In this document: in pieces, positions 17,363 to 27,300 of the stretch
Layout of the letters: each line of letters starts with the position of its first letter
Position numbering within the stretch: position 1 is the first letter of the stretch
NCBI GenBank assembly: GCA_008080745.1
Contig: SHMX01000007.1
Span: 30,001 to 62,000 of the forward strand
DNA from: Candidatus Thorarchaeota archaeon
GTDB taxonomy: Archaea; Asgardarchaeota; Thorarchaeia; Thorarchaeales; Thorarchaeaceae
Reading direction: 5' to 3'
DNA length: 32,000 bases
Notes under the pieces: model-generated
The model's input: only the letters and a program-made list of their open reading frames with translations
Database searches by the model: none
Told to the model about the DNA's origin: nothing
Translations under genes and position numbers: made by a program

Positions 17363-18022
17363 TCAACCTACTGATGTGCCACAGTATTCGCAAGTAACCA
17401 TTTTCCCTCTTTTGAGAATCTCAGCCTGATCTGCTCTAAACTTCGAACCGCACATAGGACATAACCACATCTTTGTTTCTGGTTCAGGCACCTCTCCTCC
17501 AATCTCTGTTAGAATTCTCTCAGCCCAAGTTACAAATGTAGTTTGATTTGCCGCTCGAAAACTTTTCACTGATTCTTGAAGTACCTTCTTTGCATCTGCA
17601 AGTCTTCCAACACCACGGTAGGCAATACCTAATCCCATTGCATTCCATCCTGTGTACCATTTATCTGCAATGTTTTGGGCTTTCTCAAGGCCTGATTCGA
17701 AGGTTTCTATGGCAGTGGAGTAATCCATATTATGAAGTGCAATTTGCCCCTTTCCCCAATGGGCTGCTGCTTGGAACCACAGATTTGCCATCTCTTGTGC
17801 TTCCTTCATAAGTTCAGAGTAGAGCTTCTTAGCCTCTTTCATATCTCTTGCATTCAATGTGCAATCGGCCATTACCCGTAGTGCCTCAGTCGCTCTGGCA
17901 TAGTTCTTCTTTTTCTGAAATTGTTTTCGTGCTTTTTCTGCAGTTTTCTTTCCTTCTTTGAACTCTCCAGACTGATGTAACTGAACTGCCTTCTGAAGGA
18001 GCTCCTCTCCACTCGATGACAT
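17363..18022 (-). CDS. TPR-repeat protein with C-terminal double-CxxC zinc ribbon
   Basis: Helical repeats with A/G/Y TPR-like pattern (e.g. AHWGKGQIAL...AIETFESGLEKA); CPMCG ... CEYCG at C-terminus. Confidence 0.75.
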   Translation of the reverse strand: MSSSGEELLQKAVQLHQSGEFKEGKKTAEKARKQFQKKKNYARATEALRVMADCTLNARDMKEAKKLYSELMKEAQEMANLWFQAAAHWGKGQIALHNMDYSTAIETFESGLEKAQNIADKWYTGWNAMGLGIAYRGVGRLADAKKVLQESVKSFRAANQTTFVTWAERILTEIGGEVPEPETKMWLCPMCGSKFRADQAEILKRGKMVTCEYCGTSVG

Positions 18023-18068
18023 GATTCTTTTATGGGAGATGCTTGAATATAAGTAAGCTGAATTTTTT

Positions 18069-18986
18069 TCATGTCTTCTTTGACTGCTCAGTATCTGACA
18101 TTTTTACCAGTCCAACGCCAATCACTGCGACAGCTCCTGCAATTAGTGTAATCAATACTGGTGGTTCTCCCAGAATGAAATCTCCAGCGACACTTACAAA
18201 CGGCACTAGGAACAGAAACGAGGAAGCTTTCGGAGCGCCCAAATACTCGATTGCGGTGAAATACAGTATATAGGCTAGTCCCGAGGCCAAAACACCTGCA
18301 AATAAAAGGCCCAATATTGAAACCACATCCCAGATGAGAATCAGACTGGCCCCCTCTACAATCATGAAAAGAATAAATGGAATAATCATGACGGTCGATG
18401 TGGCATGTTTTACTGTCATCACTACAAATCTATCGGCTCCCTCTAGATAGTGAAGAGTGATTGTATAAGCTGCCCAGGCAAACATTCCTCCAAGTGCAAG
18501 AATTATTCCCCAAAGAAATCCCTCTGATACAGTGAGTGAATTCCATAGAAAAACAATCCCGCCCATGAGACCAAGAAGAAATCCAAAGATTTTCTTTGAA
18601 GTCAGAGGTTCTCTAAGAATAATTGCACCATATAATAGAACAACGATTGGACAGAGATTGATGATAATAGAGGTTGTTCCGCATGGAATAAATTCAGCAC
18701 TGATATGTGTAAAGATTACAAACAATGCTGAAACAAAGGCGCTCAATAGTAGTATACTTCGATATGGTCTGATCTCTTCGGCTATTGTTCTAGGTCCTTT
18801 TCTCTGATACGCCATTACCCCCACCATTGTCATAGCTCCCAGGAAATACCTGAAGAAGGCATACATGATTCCAGAAACTCTGACCGGAGGTATTCCTGAT
18901 AAAAATCGGGATACCACATAATTTACTCCCCATAAGAGAATAATTATAGCCAACATGAGGTAAGGACGAAGAGATTTCACGAGCAT
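18069..18986 (-). CDS. EamA/DMT-family transporter
   Basis: About 10 hydrophobic segments in two repeats; LWGVNY, P.VVLL...ILREP, WAAYTI, LGAPKAS.F.FLVP; ATG 18986 preferred over TTG 19013. Confidence 0.9.
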   Translation of the reverse strand: MLVKSLRPYLMLAIIILLWGVNYVVSRFLSGIPPVRVSGIMYAFFRYFLGAMTMVGVMAYQRKGPRTIAEEIRPYRSILLLSAFVSALFVIFTHISAEFIPCGTTSIIINLCPIVVLLYGAIILREPLTSKKIFGFLLGLMGGIVFLWNSLTVSEGFLWGIILALGGMFAWAAYTITLHYLEGADRFVVMTVKHATSTVMIIPFILFMIVEGASLILIWDVVSILGLLFAGVLASGLAYILYFTAIEYLGAPKASSFLFLVPFVSVAGDFILGEPPVLITLIAGAVAVIGVGLVKMSDTEQSKKT

Positions 18987-19029
18987 CGTGGCATTATATC
19001 CTCTTCTTAGCAATAACGGTAGGTGCTTC

Positions 19030-21252
19030 CTACTGTCTGCGATATGTAATAACTACGTTATTTGAAAGTGGTACAAGTCGTACAAAGGCACAAGACTCAT
19101 CCCCGGCACGCTCCAAGGGGGCTCCTCCGAAGACCTTTATCATATGGAGGTTATAGTATGTTGGAACATAAACAACCAATTCTTTAGGAAGATGCTCTTT
19201 CATTAGTATCTCGATTTGATTCTGATTTGACGACACTCCCATTTCGACCTGTATCTCACCAGATGCGGTCTGGATTCTACTCATAATCATGGGTGATGTG
19301 GATTCATGCCATGAGTCAGGTGCTCCTGGGAGAATTGCAAGAATTTCTCGTGCAGAGAATATTACCATTTCCCGTAATAGGAGGAGAAAATCTACTGATG
19401 CGATTAGACTGCATCCATCTCCCTTTGCACCTCCCTGGGTCTGTGAGCTAACATATTCTGCTAGTAGATTGAAGGGTGTGAGATATCTGAGAGTTCTTTT
19501 GAGCAGTCGTTCAACAGCATAATTCTGTCGTTCAACTACATAATAATGCGCGACACGAAGTGCAAGGTGACTCGAAAACAGATACTTATGTTGGGTCTTT
19601 ACTAGACCCTTCGTTATTACTCTGCTAGAGATAAGGTCCAAAATATCATTCATTTTTGCTACATCAAGATCCGTGAGTCCAAGAAGAGCAGCTGTTCCTA
19701 TAATATCGATAAGCGATTCATCACTAGCTATCTTCATCTCATGGAAAGCGTTAATGAGTAGAATCTCGTATTTGTCCAATAAGCTGGAAATATCTGCAGT
19801 TTGCTTTTCATCTTCTAAGGCTGCGTAACTAATTGCCCCGGAATGTAATGATGCATATCTCCAAAGCATTGAGATAACTTCTTCTTCAGTCCAGATTTTT
19901 TTCTCTCCGGTTTGCGACTCGAGTTCCAAGTCCCTCTTTATCTGCTCAATAATGAGGGGATACACCTTGTTTAGGAACGGTCTCATTAGTTTCAGATATG
20001 TTTTATCCTTCGTACACTTGTAATGTTCTAAGATACTCCAGATGAGAGGAACTAACTGCTCATCCAGTTTTTCTGCGGATGGTTTAATCATCCGGGATAA
20101 TCTGAGCGATATGTCCTTTGCCAGACCAAGGTTTCCAATTCTGTTTAAAGCCACAAGAACTCTGGCGCACTCATGCCAAGAAAGCTGGAATTCGTCATCA
20201 TCTGGTAACAAGAGTGAACGTGCTTGAATGGTCAGATTTGCTTTTGCTTGTGAAAATGCCTCGTCCAGTTCTCTGTCAGGAAACGATCCATATGATGTTT
20301 CTTCAGAAAAGGAGTACCACGATGCTATTGTGGAGTCTCGCATTGATTCATATTCAGGATAGCTTGGGACTGAATCACCCTGTGCTATTGGTACGAGGGG
20401 TGAGAAGAAATAGAATGTACCTGAACGGGATGGTTTCAGTGTCACATCATATCTTAGCACCGCAGTAGCTAAACCCAGACCTGCAGACAGTTCGCAATCC
20501 ATACCTTCTGTCCTTTCTACCAGCTCGCTAATCAGATTTGGATTGTCGCCGGATTGCATAATAACAGCGGTAGGTGGCGATCTAGCTATAACTGCCAGTT
20601 CTCTATTTCCATATAGTGCTCTCTCTTCTTCATTGTAATGAGTTGAACTGAGAGGTTCAACTCCTTGAACTGACATGGGGCGTAGTGCGATGTAGAATGT
20701 GCAAGTTATTTTTTTCATTGAGAGGTTCTGCAAATGTATCTCATTTACGACAGCTTCTTTGTTTCCCTTTGTGGTGTGGTAAATGTATCGAGTATATTGA
20801 ACGGGACCAACTTGTTTATCCCATTGGTATATTTGATCGCTACTTGATATCAGAGTGATATCATCATCTTCTAATGCTGGAAATACTATCTTATCATCAT
20901 CACGGATAAAAAAATCAATAGAACCGCAGTTTGGGTTAGCTGTAACTAGTCCTTTTATGTCGACTACACCAAACCCCTTGCCTCCAGGAGATCCCACCAG
21001 TGCCCAATATCTATCCATGTCATTTGATAAAGAGTCCGTCGAGTCTTTCTGCCGCATCCTTTTCTCGACCCAGTATGGCTTCATCCATCCCTCTGCTTTT
21101 GAATACACTACGGCATTTAACAGACCTCTTAGTGATTCAAAACCTTCTTCTGATTCTTCAATATCATTCACATTAATTCTGTGATTAAGTGCAATTTGCT
21201 TAATTCGCTCGTTTTTCACGGGGATTGTTAGATTCAGAGAAGGACCTCCCAT
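19030..21252 (-). CDS. Six-hairpin-glycosidase-like (alpha/alpha)6 protein, possibly non-catalytic
   Basis: Beta-rich N-terminal half (WALVG...VVDIKGLVT, IALRP), helical core (FPDRELDEAF, LIWSILEHYKCTKDKTYL), C-terminal ILPGAP.SW...TASG.I beta domain typical of GH15/63/65-like architectures. Confidence 0.5.
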   Translation of the reverse strand: MGGPSLNLTIPVKNERIKQIALNHRINVNDIEESEEGFESLRGLLNAVVYSKAEGWMKPYWVEKRMRQKDSTDSLSNDMDRYWALVGSPGGKGFGVVDIKGLVTANPNCGSIDFFIRDDDKIVFPALEDDDITLISSSDQIYQWDKQVGPVQYTRYIYHTTKGNKEAVVNEIHLQNLSMKKITCTFYIALRPMSVQGVEPLSSTHYNEEERALYGNRELAVIARSPPTAVIMQSGDNPNLISELVERTEGMDCELSAGLGLATAVLRYDVTLKPSRSGTFYFFSPLVPIAQGDSVPSYPEYESMRDSTIASWYSFSEETSYGSFPDRELDEAFSQAKANLTIQARSLLLPDDDEFQLSWHECARVLVALNRIGNLGLAKDISLRLSRMIKPSAEKLDEQLVPLIWSILEHYKCTKDKTYLKLMRPFLNKVYPLIIEQIKRDLELESQTGEKKIWTEEEVISMLWRYASLHSGAISYAALEDEKQTADISSLLDKYEILLINAFHEMKIASDESLIDIIGTAALLGLTDLDVAKMNDILDLISSRVITKGLVKTQHKYLFSSHLALRVAHYYVVERQNYAVERLLKRTLRYLTPFNLLAEYVSSQTQGGAKGDGCSLIASVDFLLLLREMVIFSAREILAILPGAPDSWHESTSPMIMSRIQTASGEIQVEMGVSSNQNQIEILMKEHLPKELVVYVPTYYNLHMIKVFGGAPLERAGDESCAFVRLVPLSNNVVITYRRQ

Positions 21253-21426
21253 CTGATACTTACTCTATTACTAACACTACTTCTATTGCATATATTTGGT
21301 ATTCTGGTGTGTATTATGATACATTTTGGCTAATGACTAAATCCTTAATAACACAGCCTCGTGATTTGCCCTTGATATTACACAATCTTCAAGATACCTA
21401 TTTGTGGTATAATGAGGGTGTATGAA

Positions 21427-22656
21427 ATGGCTGAAGTATTCACCAAACCTTCCCGACGAATTACCAATATGATTGCTAAAGAATTGCGCCTGATAGTTAA
21501 AGATAAGGTTGCACTCTTTCTCATATTTCTCTTACCAGCTGCATTGATAGGAATGTTATATTTTACAACGCAAGAAAGTGGAATGAGTGGAATAGAAATG
21601 GGCGGTGGTGGAGGTTTTGGTGGTGGTGACTCGGGAACTACTGATGTGGAAGACATAGATGTGGAAAACCCCGACATTGAGAACGTCACTGAAGAATCTG
21701 ATTCTGATGTAGTTTTGGGGATAATTGATTTAGATACTACACGAATGTATGACGGGGAAGATCTCTCAACAAACTATACTGAAACTCTTCGTCAGTTTGT
21801 AAAGGAGCTTATTCCATACAACAATACCGATGAGGCTTTTCAGGATCTCTATGATCAGGAGATTCTTGGCTATGTGGTAATTCCCGATGGTTTTGAAAAG
21901 AATCTAACCCTCAACGAGCCAACATTCGTCTATGTGCATATGGACGCCACAGCTATGCTAGACCAAAGTACTGTGCTTGGAGTTGTGCAGGCCGCTACAA
22001 TTACCTTCAGAGCAAGTAAACTGTGGATCCGAAGTGAAGTGTTTCCCTCTTTGATAATCGAGTTTACTCCTGATGGTGGATATGTTGAGAGTATGTTTGG
22101 AGGATTCATCGTTGTATTCTCAAGCTATCTCGGTATTGCTATGACATCGGCTCAGTCTATTGTTGGTGACACCCCACTCCGACGAATGTTATTGACACCC
22201 ACCAATAGATTAGAAGTGATTGTTGCAAAAGTCCTAGCTTATGTGGTCATTGGCTTTTTCCAGTCCCTATTATTAATCGCACTGTGGATTGTAGTATTTG
22301 GCCTGCAGCTAAATACTGGATTTGAATCGGTTGTCATTATCATGAGCCTAACCTCTCTTACTGGTTCTACCACAGGCATTCTCATTTCTTCGGTTGCTGG
22401 TTCAAGGTTGCAGGCTAATCAGATGTTTCTGTTTGTGTTATTCGGTACGATTATTCTTTCAGGTTTCTTCATAGATGTCGGAGTACTAGATGAGATTTTG
22501 CCCATGAATCAAGGGCTTGGACTACTCATCGATACTGGATTCAAAGGGTTGACCCTGATTGACGCGGGCTCAAGAGTTCTGAGATTAGTTGCATTCTCTA
22601 TCTTTGCAATTCTGGCTTCGACCTTCATATTCTCAAAGAAACCAACTCTCGGTTGA
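21427..22656 (+). CDS. ABC-2 type exporter permease
   Basis: KELRLIVKDK..LFLIFLLP N-terminal TM, extracellular loop, LRRMLLTPTNRLEVIVAK motif and five further TM segments. Confidence 0.9.
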   Translation: MAEVFTKPSRRITNMIAKELRLIVKDKVALFLIFLLPAALIGMLYFTTQESGMSGIEMGGGGGFGGGDSGTTDVEDIDVENPDIENVTEESDSDVVLGIIDLDTTRMYDGEDLSTNYTETLRQFVKELIPYNNTDEAFQDLYDQEILGYVVIPDGFEKNLTLNEPTFVYVHMDATAMLDQSTVLGVVQAATITFRASKLWIRSEVFPSLIIEFTPDGGYVESMFGGFIVVFSSYLGIAMTSAQSIVGDTPLRRMLLTPTNRLEVIVAKVLAYVVIGFFQSLLLIALWIVVFGLQLNTGFESVVIIMSLTSLTGSTTGILISSVAGSRLQANQMFLFVLFGTIILSGFFIDVGVLDEILPMNQGLGLLIDTGFKGLTLIDAGSRVLRLVAFSIFAILASTFIFSKKPTLG

Positions 22657-22660
22657 ATAG

Positions 22661-24346
22661 GTGAAACAAATGGTGCAGAAATCAAGTCAAGATTCGGATG
22701 GTTCAACAGCTCCTTCTTTCGTTGAGGAGGCATACTTTTCAGGTGCAAGAATAGGCGAGGCAATCGACTGGTGCAACGCTAGGAAGGATCGTGAGATTCA
22801 TGTTGATGTTCAAGGTGTATTGAACTCGACTCAGGAAGAAATTCGCTTTACTGGTCGTTTACTTCAAGTTAAGAAGGGTGTTATTACAAGACGAATTGCC
22901 GTGGCAGTTGAAGAAGATCTTCGGCGGAGGAAAAAGGGAATTTTAGACCAAGTCGTAACTATTGGTGGATCTGGTACGACCCAAGAAGATGTTGCTGCAA
23001 CGGAAATAACCCTCAAGAACTATCTAAAACGAGACATGTATGATGACCTCTATTACGATGGGAGAGATTTACAACAAGCCGTAAAAGATCTTGAAAAACT
23101 AAAGAGCAGGCAGGTTGCCTGTACCGTTTGGGGGAAGAGAGCATCAGATAGACTACCCATAATGATTCATGGTGCATTGATTGGGACCTCTGATTCTCCT
23201 GCACCTATTCTTCCAGAAGGCTTTCTCGAGGTACGTGTGGAACCGGAAGATTCCGTGGGCGACCCTAAGATCTATCTTGTAGCCCAACCTCAGTTTCTTC
23301 TGGGTCCAAGATCTAATCCCAATCTGACAGTTATCGCCGATAAGGTATACATTCAACCCTTTGCATGGAAGGAGGCTCCAGAATACCGTCATGTCCTTGA
23401 AGCTCGAAATCTCACTGTCACTGTCAAGAGTGGAAAGAAGCTTATAGAAAATGTATCGTTTGCAATCAACGAGGGTGAGATGCTTGCTATCATTGGAGAA
23501 TCTGGAGCTGGCAAGTCCACAACAATCAAAGCACTCATTGGAGATATCCCTAGTACTGGAGTTGCTCGGATTGCTGGCATTGGATCACGAAATGCTCAGA
23601 AGGTACGCTACTTCTTTGGATATTGTCCTCAGGATCTCTCTTACATGTATGAGACTTTCACCCCTCTCGAGAATATTATCGCGTTTGGGAAACAATATGA
23701 TATTCCTGAATGGAGACTCATTCAAGAAGGAAAGACACTTCTCCGTGACTTTGACATCCTTGAAAAAGGAAATAACCCCACAAAGGAACTTAGTGGTGGT
23801 CAGCAACGTCGTGTGTCTATAGCTATCGCGCTAGTTCACAGACCAAAAGTTCTATTGATGGACGAACCGACCAGTGGATTAGATCCTGATAATCGAAATG
23901 AACTATGGAACTTCCTCACCTATGTCAATCAAGAATATGGTACCTCGATTGTAGTCATTACTCACTATCCCATTGAAGCTGAGTTCTGTGATAAGGTTGC
24001 AGTCTTCATACGTGGAAAAAGTCTAGTTGCATTTGGCTCACCAGCAAAATTGAAAGCATCAATGCCCTCCAAGGGCTTTTCTGTTGGCATAGTATTGGAG
24101 GATGTAGACCCTCGAGCACCAAAATTACTTGAGGAGATAAAGGGTGTACGGTTTGTTTTACAACGTGGTGAACTGCTAAAAATCTTTACAGATGAACCCC
24201 TTCAGGTCATTGCGGAGGCATGTGTGAAGAAATTGACTGATAACGAAATCGGAGTGAAAATTGTAAAGACGAAATCAGTGGCTGATATGGTGGATTACTA
24301 CATAGCAATCACGAGAGGACTGATTTCTGGAACTATTGAGAAGTGA
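22661..24346 (+). CDS. ABC transporter ATP-binding protein with ~240-aa N-terminal extension
   Basis: GESGAGKST, YCPQ, LSGGQQRR, LLMDEPTSGLD, ITH; start may be ATG 22670. Confidence 0.9.
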   Translation: MKQMVQKSSQDSDGSTAPSFVEEAYFSGARIGEAIDWCNARKDREIHVDVQGVLNSTQEEIRFTGRLLQVKKGVITRRIAVAVEEDLRRRKKGILDQVVTIGGSGTTQEDVAATEITLKNYLKRDMYDDLYYDGRDLQQAVKDLEKLKSRQVACTVWGKRASDRLPIMIHGALIGTSDSPAPILPEGFLEVRVEPEDSVGDPKIYLVAQPQFLLGPRSNPNLTVIADKVYIQPFAWKEAPEYRHVLEARNLTVTVKSGKKLIENVSFAINEGEMLAIIGESGAGKSTTIKALIGDIPSTGVARIAGIGSRNAQKVRYFFGYCPQDLSYMYETFTPLENIIAFGKQYDIPEWRLIQEGKTLLRDFDILEKGNNPTKELSGGQQRRVSIAIALVHRPKVLLMDEPTSGLDPDNRNELWNFLTYVNQEYGTSIVVITHYPIEAEFCDKVAVFIRGKSLVAFGSPAKLKASMPSKGFSVGIVLEDVDPRAPKLLEEIKGVRFVLQRGELLKIFTDEPLQVIAEACVKKLTDNEIGVKIVKTKSVADMVDYYIAITRGLISGTIEK

Positions 24347-24352
24347 GTTTCT

Positions 24353-27300
24353 ATGGTACGAATGCCGCGTTATTCCAGAGCAAAATTGAGAGTCTTCTCT
24401 CTCTTAGTACTTACATTATTTGTAATGAGCAGTTTGACCACGAATGTCACCTATCCCACATCTTCTAGTGTGTCTGTAGACCCTCTCGATAAAATTGAAT
24501 CGAATCTGCTCAATCGTACCGAATCAGATGAATCACTTGATTTAATGGTACAATATGATACAGAAGCAAGCGAGTTCAAAGCTCGTTCAGCAATTGAAAT
24601 GCTGGACTCTCAGGCTGATATAATAGAGGTCTATGAGGATCTCAATATGCTGCGAGTTGAGATGCTTGGGACTGTAATAGTTGATTTAGCAAAAAACATA
24701 TTCATCAAAAATATTTGGTCTAATGAGATTCGTTCAATTAAACAGCCAACCAGAGTTCAGTCCGAAGATCCTGCGGATTATGAACCATTGATCGATTTAA
24801 TCAATGCTCGCAATCTTTGGGAGCAGGGATACAACGGATCTGGAACAGTCATTGCTATTCTCGATACCGGTATTGATTTTACTCATCCCGATCTTGATGA
24901 CTTCGATGACGATGACAATACTACCGATACGAAAGTCACAACCTTCGCCTCATTTGTTGAGGCTGATGCGCTTCCAATAGACATTATCGGACATGGAACC
25001 TATGCCGCCTCAATAGTTGCGGGGACTGGTAATCAGTCTGATGGACTCTACGCTGGAATCGCACCAGGTGCCACTTTACTAGGTGGAAAAGTTACACTTG
25101 GAGGTCTTTTTGCATCACCCAGTTGGATTGTATCAGGACTTGAGTGGGCCGCTAGAAGTGGTGCTGATATCATATGTCTTCCTTTCAATACTCTTGGTGC
25201 ACCTAACGATGCGGTTTCTGTTGCTGTTGAAGAGATAGTTAAGAAAGGTATCTTTGTAGTTGCAGCCTCGGGTGATGATGGTCCTGACTATCTTACTGTT
25301 ATGTCTCCAGGTGGTGGCCCCTCTTGTTTCACAGTAGGTGCTTATGACACCAATACTGGAACCATTCCAGACTTCTCAGGCCGTGGCCCCTCCCTCTCTC
25401 TAGTGACAAAACCAGATCTGGTAGCTCCTGGTGTTGGAGTTGTGGGAGCAAAATTTGGAGCAGGACTTGGAGCACTCTTGGGTGGAGATAGCTTTAGTAT
25501 TGGTGATCTCGGTGATCTTGGAGGTCTGGGTGGTATACTTGGAGGGTCCTTGGGAGAAGATGTTGATGATAATTACATCATTGCAGACACGACCTCTTCA
25601 TCAGCAGCAATTGTAGCTGGTGCAGCAGCAATCCTAATGCAAGCCTTTGATAGAGCCACCCCTATTGTTCTTGCAAACGTCCTAAGAGATACAGCAACAA
25701 CCATACCCTATGGGGCAAATGATGCCGGAGCAGGACTACTCAACCTTCAGGCTGCTTTTGATTACCTGAGTCTTCGCCAAGAACCTGGTGAAGCTTCCAA
25801 TAGAACTACCAGCACTCCTTTACTATCTATAGGATTATTGACTTCAAGTGCTCAAGATGCGTCAACTTCTCTTCTTATGAGCAGTTTTGGCACCTCAGTT
25901 CTTGCTCTAGATCAAAGAGGAGAGGCTAGTAGCGTTCATCTTTTGATGGGCATGTTTTCATTAAGATGGGATGACAATGATCCTATGAATCTCATGCAAT
26001 TCGATGTGAAACGTGAGATGCATCAAGTCGCTATATCCTCTGATACCTCTACCTATAATCGCTGGATTGGAGTATTGTCATATGATGATACGATATATGT
26101 GACATTTCTCGTTGAGTCGTATAACTTTACAACAACTACTGACCAACCTCTAACAGGATATCGGATAACACCCTTCATTCTCAATCTTGGTGAGACCCCA
26201 CTTAGCAATGTGAGTCTCTTTTGTTCTTACTCTCTCGATCTATTTCTGGATGGTGAAGATGACTACGGAAAATATGCTATTGAGAATCAACAACTATTTG
26301 CATATAGTATCTCTGAAGATTACAAGAGCTTCTACTTTGGCATGAACTCAAGCATTCCATTTGATGGATTTGAGGTAGGTAATTCCTCAGAGATATCTAG
26401 TCATATCAGTGATGATAACCTTACGGGCTCTACTACCTTTGATGGTTCAGTAGGTCTGGGGATGAAATGGGACTTTGGTATGCTTGAACCCAGTCTGCCC
26501 GAAAATGTCACACTTGCTTTGGGCTTTGGTGAAAATAGGACCCTACTAGACGAATCAATCGAGGCCATGTGGAATACTGAGGTTCCCTTCTCGTTTGCTA
26601 ATCAGGGCGATCTCATTGTGGTTGAAGCTGATCTTCCACGAGTTGCCCGAGTTGGTAGAAGCTACCTATCTCGTTCTGTAGTTATGAATATTGGCGAAGA
26701 AAATTCCACCGTGACTGCAGCAATGATTGTTGGAAAAGGTGAAGAAACAGAGGGTACTCTGTTCACAAACTATTTCCAATTCGATGTACTAGAACCCTTT
26801 CATGCAAAAATTCTTGTTGCAGAATGGAGTCCTGAATTTGAAGATGTTTATTCAGCTGCATGGCTTGTTACTGCAGGAATTGGAGATGTTCTCTCCCTCT
26901 TTTCCGATCCTGTAAGTTCTCTTGCCTCAACCGGATTGACAATTACTGATGATTTTATTATTCGTGACCTTTTCGTAATAACCCCAATTGAATCAACATC
27001 TGTGTTTCCAAAGATATTGCCTTTCGCTCCTTTTGACATTCACTTTCCCGCTGATTTTGGCCTCTATACATTTGTAGTATACACAACAGTTGAACTTGGG
27101 AATTTGACCGTGGAGAAATATGGTAACGCATCAGATTGGGGAAATGTTACACTCAATGATGCTCCTAGTATTAGTAGCTTCTACAACTTTTCCCTTTTCT
27201 TGCTGGCACCCCCCATTACTGTAGATGGTTATCATCGTTGTGACTATGTCATCAATACGGAACATGGCTGGACGACCAATATCACTTTGGAACGAAACTT

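Noticed and set aside
21225-21425. 66-aa Tyr/Trp-containing ORF in the divergent intergenic region
   Set aside because: TTG start inside the opposite gene, runs through AT-rich promoter DNA, no SD, and no biosynthetic gene downstream.
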